This document shows positions 60,633-64,000 of a stretch of 64,000 nt of DNA, piece after piece. Source of the DNA: an uncultured Phycisphaerales bacterium. Its GTDB lineage: Bacteria; Planctomycetota; Phycisphaerae; Phycisphaerales; SM1A02. The stretch spans positions 1 to 64,000 of the forward strand of contig CALKEP010000001.1 of assembly GCA_938084645.1 (NCBI GenBank). Reading direction: 5' to 3'. The notes beneath the pieces are model-generated. The model made no database searches. It saw nothing but the letters and a program-made list of their open reading frames with translations, and was not told the DNA's origin. Within the stretch, counting starts at the first letter, position 1, and each line of letters starts with the position of its first letter. The position numbers and the translations under genes are program-made.

Positions 60633-61897
60633 TGAACGGGCTCCCGGTTGGTCTCGAATCGATGGGCGAAGAGTCCGCTCCGGAGTTTCGGCTCGAACCA
60701 GGTGGACTTGGGTGGCATGATCTCGCCCGCATCGGCGACGCGAAGGAGCTCGGTCATGCTGGTGGGATGCATGCTGAACGCGACCGCCCATTCGCCGGCG
60801 TCGACGAGACGTTCCAGTTCGGCCACACCCCGGCTCCCGCCCACGAATCCGATCCGGTCGTCGATGCGAGGGTCCCCGATGGAGAGCAGGGGGCCGAGCA
60901 CGCGATCCTGAAGCAGGGCGACGTCGAGACAGGCGATCGGATCGGCTCGATCGATGGTGGATTCGTCGAAGGTGAGCCGATGCCAGCCCGAGCCGAGTCT
61001 GATGCAGACCGAGCCGGAGTCGGTCGGTTCGGGCGTGATTCCGTCGGCGATCGCCTCCACCGCGCCGACCGAGCCCAGTCGTTCGAGGAAGTCCGTTTCG
61101 GACATCCCGGCGAGGTCCCGGACCACGCGGTTGTAGGGAAGGATCTGAAGCTCGGATTCCGGGAACACCACCGCGAGGATGCGGTTGTATTCCTCGTCAC
61201 CGCGGTGGTCGGGATTCCGGGCCGCCCGTTCCGACGCGATTCGACCGCCGGCCGCGGAACGATGATGGCCGTCGGCGATGTAGAGCTCCGGGACGTCCGC
61301 GAACATCGCACTGAAGGCGGGGGCGTCCTTGACCCGCCAGAGCGTATGGGTCACATCGTCGCTCACGAAGTGCATCAGAGGGCGATCGGTCGTGGCGGCG
61401 ACGATCGCGGACTTGATGTCATCGGCGTTGGGAGCGGCATCCCGAAAGGCGAGGAACACGGGTTCCGCATGAACGCTCGAGACGTCGAGGTGACGGGTCC
61501 GATCGTCCTCCTTCTCGGGACGTGTCTTCTCATGGCGGCGGATGGTTCCGCTCTCGTATTCCGAGGCGTCGACCGTGCACACCAACCCGAGCTGGCGGTG
61601 ACCGTTTCGAACGAGTCGGTACACGAAGAGACCGGGTTCATCCTCTTCCACCAGGACATCCGCATCGATGAGTCGCTCGAGATTCGATCGGCCTTGCTCG
61701 TAGACCTCCGAGGCGTAGGGGTCGGCGTCCATGGCGAAGTCGATTTCAGGACGGATGACGCGCAGATAACTGTTCGGACGTCCTTCGGCGAGGCCGCGGG
61801 CCTCTGCGGTCGAGATGACGTCGTAGGGGGGGCATGACACCTCCGCGGCGTGCGGCGGATGTGGTCGGATGGCCTTGAACGGGTGGATGATGCTCAA
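60629..61897 (-). CDS. DUF1015 family protein
   Basis: I.PFKA.RP, PPYDV, HEKT, YIADGHHR and MPPKSTWFEPKLRSGL. AAGGAGG RBS before TTG 61897. Confidence 0.9.
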   Translation of the reverse strand: MSIIHPFKAIRPHPPHAAEVSCPPYDVISTAEARGLAEGRPNSYLRVIRPEIDFAMDADPYASEVYEQGRSNLERLIDADVLVEEDEPGLFVYRLVRNGHRQLGLVCTVDASEYESGTIRRHEKTRPEKEDDRTRHLDVSSVHAEPVFLAFRDAAPNADDIKSAIVAATTDRPLMHFVSDDVTHTLWRVKDAPAFSAMFADVPELYIADGHHRSAAGGRIASERAARNPDHRGDEEYNRILAVVFPESELQILPYNRVVRDLAGMSETDFLERLGSVGAVEAIADGITPEPTDSGSVCIRLGSGWHRLTFDESTIDRADPIACLDVALLQDRVLGPLLSIGDPRIDDRIGFVGGSRGVAELERLVDAGEWAVAFSMHPTSMTELLRVADAGEIMPPKSTWFEPKLRSGLFAHRFETNREPVQ

Positions 61898-62043
61898 GCG
61901 GAACCTCCTTTCCGGACACGGATCCGGCGTTCCGCATTCTACCTTCAGAACCGACTTTGGAACGACTTGCACGGATCCGCGACGAGCCGGACCCGTGGAG
62001 GAGGGGGGCCTTGGAGAACCCACCGAAACGATCGACTTTCCGC

Positions 62044-62071
62044 TGAAGGGAAAGGGGAGGCGATCCGATAT
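62044..62071 (+). promoter_or_regulatory. Putative sigma-28 (FliA)-like promoter
   Basis: TGAAG-N15-TCCGATAT upstream of the 62156 gene. Confidence 0.35.
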
Positions 62072-62155
62072 CTAGTGCGACGGCTCGCGTGGGGTGAGCC
62101 GTCGAGAGAGCCCGGTCGCTGGAGAGCGACCGATCACCACCTGAGCACGCCAGAC

Positions 62156-62476
62156 ATGACGACGCACGACGAAACCGTACACGGAACCGGATTCATCTCC
62201 TCGACCCTCTCGATCTCCGGGGGGACGCCGATCGACGGATCGGCCACCCTGTTCCATCTCGATGGGGAGCGCTTCGGCGAGATGCACTCGCTGGTCGAAC
62301 TGGCGATCTCGGATCAGGCCCTCGAAGGTCGGGCCGCCACCCCGCTCTCGGCCGGTGCCGCGGTATCGCTCGGCTTCGAGGCGCCGGGGACGCCGGCACG
62401 GCACGGCGAGGTCGTCAAGTGCGATCCCTGTGGCGAGGGTTGGCGGATCGGCATCCGCCTCGCCGCCGCGGCCTGA
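62156..62476 (+). CDS. Small beta-barrel protein, PilZ-like fold
   Basis: PL.AG..VSLGF...GEVV.C......WRIGIRL C-terminal pattern. Canonical RxxxR and DxSxxG motifs not evident. Confidence 0.55.
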   Translation: MTTHDETVHGTGFISSTLSISGGTPIDGSATLFHLDGERFGEMHSLVELAISDQALEGRAATPLSAGAAVSLGFEAPGTPARHGEVVKCDPCGEGWRIGIRLAAAA

Positions 62477-62898
62477 TCGATCACCGCTGGAGTCCGACGA
62501 CAACAAGCACTGAAGCGATCCCGTCCGGCGGTCCGGTCGGGATCGTCGCATTCCGGGGGGATCCGGCGTCGGCGACGACGCCGGTTTTCGGACGGTAAAG
62601 CGCCGACTGGATGATCTGGCGCGGATCGCCCGGTGTGGAGGCGATCGGATTCGGCCCGTTCCACCGGTGCAGGATCGATTCACGATCTCGTTGAACCGAA
62701 GTTCCACCTGCCGGACAAATCGTCCGGTGTTGGACGTCGTCGCTGGAGGGAAGGACGACTCGCCAACTTCGCCCGATCGGTCGTGGTGCGGACGATCGGG
62801 TGTTTCCGGCGGTGACCACGTGTGTCTCCGTGAACGAGGCGGCGGAGTGCCGCGAAGTGTGTAATCGAAACGAATCTTCCCGCTAAGGAGCTGGACAC

Positions 62899-63324
62899 AT
62901 GAACAAGCGTCGAAACAACGTCAAGCGTGGCTTCACCCTGATCGAAATCCTGATCGTGGTCGTGATTCTCGGCATTCTCGCCGCGATCATCATTCCGCAG
63001 TTCACGGATGCCGCCCAGGATGCCGGTGCCTCGAGCGCCCGCAGCCAGCTGCAGACCATGCGGAGCCAGATCGAGCTCTATCGGGTTCAGAACAACGGTG
63101 CGGCGCCCGCCGACGATGGTGCCGGTGCCGGCCCCTGGACCGAGCTGGTCACCGAGAACTACATCCGTTCCGCCCCGAACTGGCCGAACGGGTTCGCGTC
63201 GGTCTATGACGCCACCGCCGGTGATCTCACGCTCACCTTCGACACCACCGTCGCGCCGGTTCCCGACGTCGACGGCAACGGCGCCAGCGAGGCGGCCGAT
63301 GTGACGGCCATCGAAGCCTGGTGA
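62899..63324 (+). CDS. Type IV pilin / GspG-like prepilin (probable major subunit)
   Basis: KRG|FTLIEILIVVVILGILAAIIIP cleavage/methylation motif. TAAGGAG RBS and own terminator. Confidence 0.92.
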   Translation: MNKRRNNVKRGFTLIEILIVVVILGILAAIIIPQFTDAAQDAGASSARSQLQTMRSQIELYRVQNNGAAPADDGAGAGPWTELVTENYIRSAPNWPNGFASVYDATAGDLTLTFDTTVAPVPDVDGNGASEAADVTAIEAW

Positions 63325-63343
63325 TCCAGCGACGATGAACAAC

Positions 63344-63378
63344 GCGGCATCCCGATCGAAAGGTCGGGATGCCGCTTC
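63344..63378 (+). terminator. Hairpin terminator between the pilin genes
   Basis: GCGGCATCCCGATC-GAAA-GGTCGGGATGCCGC followed by TTC. Confidence 0.7.
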
Positions 63379-63477
63379 GTCCATCCCGTCGGCGAACGTC
63401 GGCGCCGGATGGTCTTGAGGAAAATCTCGAGCATGTTCCGGGGCAGGGGCGATTCGCCTCGAAAAGGGAGCATTGGG

Positions 63478-63921
63478 ATGAGTGAACGCAGTCGATCGAC
63501 GCCGGCCGGATCATCGCGAGGATTCACCCTCATCGAGATCCTGATCGTGGTCGTGATCCTCGGAATTCTCGCGGCGATCATCATTCCGCAGTTCGCCAGC
63601 GCCCAGAGCAGCGCCCGGGCGACCGCGATGCGGTCACAGCTCGGAACCGTGCGGAGCCAGATCGCGGCCTGGCAGGTCCAGAACAACGGCCGGGTCCCCG
63701 GTGGCGTCTCCGGAACCGCCGAGGAAGCGATGGATCAACTCATCGACGACGGGTTCCTCACCCGCACCGTCTACGTGTCGTCGGGCTTCGTGTGGATCTG
63801 GGATCCCGTGAGGGCCGAGTTGGAGCTCGAGTACGACGCCACGATCGACCCCTCCATCCCGGATGCGGATGGAGACGGTGATGGTGACGCCGACGACGTC
63901 TCGGTGATCCGAGCCTGGTGA
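63478..63921 (+). CDS. Second type IV pilin / GspG-like prepilin (paralogue)
   Basis: SRG|FTLIEILIVVVILGILAAIIIPQF, identical hydrophobic segment to the upstream pilin. Confidence 0.9.
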   Translation: MSERSRSTPAGSSRGFTLIEILIVVVILGILAAIIIPQFASAQSSARATAMRSQLGTVRSQIAAWQVQNNGRVPGGVSGTAEEAMDQLIDDGFLTRTVYVSSGFVWIWDPVRAELELEYDATIDPSIPDADGDGDGDADDVSVIRAW

Positions 63922-64000
63922 TGGTCGGGCTCCGATCGGGGACTTCTCGAATGCCACGGGGCGGATTCGCCGCACCGTTCACCGTCGATCGGGTACCGCC

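Overview
GC-rich bacterial chromosomal segment. The C-terminal dockerin-like '...WG.CP' modules, ECF sigma type and gene content suggest Planctomycetota (Phycisphaerae); this assignment is inference. About 35 kb is respiratory. Operon 1 (about 4.6-14.8 kb) encodes an A1-type caa3 oxidase, a dihaem cytochrome c, a Rieske protein, a cytochrome b fused to cytochrome c with an atypical Qo motif (PDTL), a CtaG::Fe-S membrane fusion and a small Ig-like partner. Operon 2 (about 20.7-35.6 kb) encodes alternative complex III (actA-G), SCO and an A2-type caa3 oxidase, followed by divergent ctaA/ctaB haem synthesis genes. Also present: S8 peptidase, nitroreductase, truD, tatD-tatC-tadA-HAD, an APC permease with EIIA and RCK_C domains, two tandem mosaic Cys-rich secreted paralogues, MacAB-TolC, an ECF sigma with a small coupled partner, tmRNA, an LMW-PTP/fructosamine kinase pair, DUF1015-serA-serC and two tandem pilins ending in a dockerin-like Ca2+ motif. 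I saw no CRISPR array, transposase, integrase, tRNA or rRNA. All calls come from motif reading by eye, and some start codons were moved from the ORF track.
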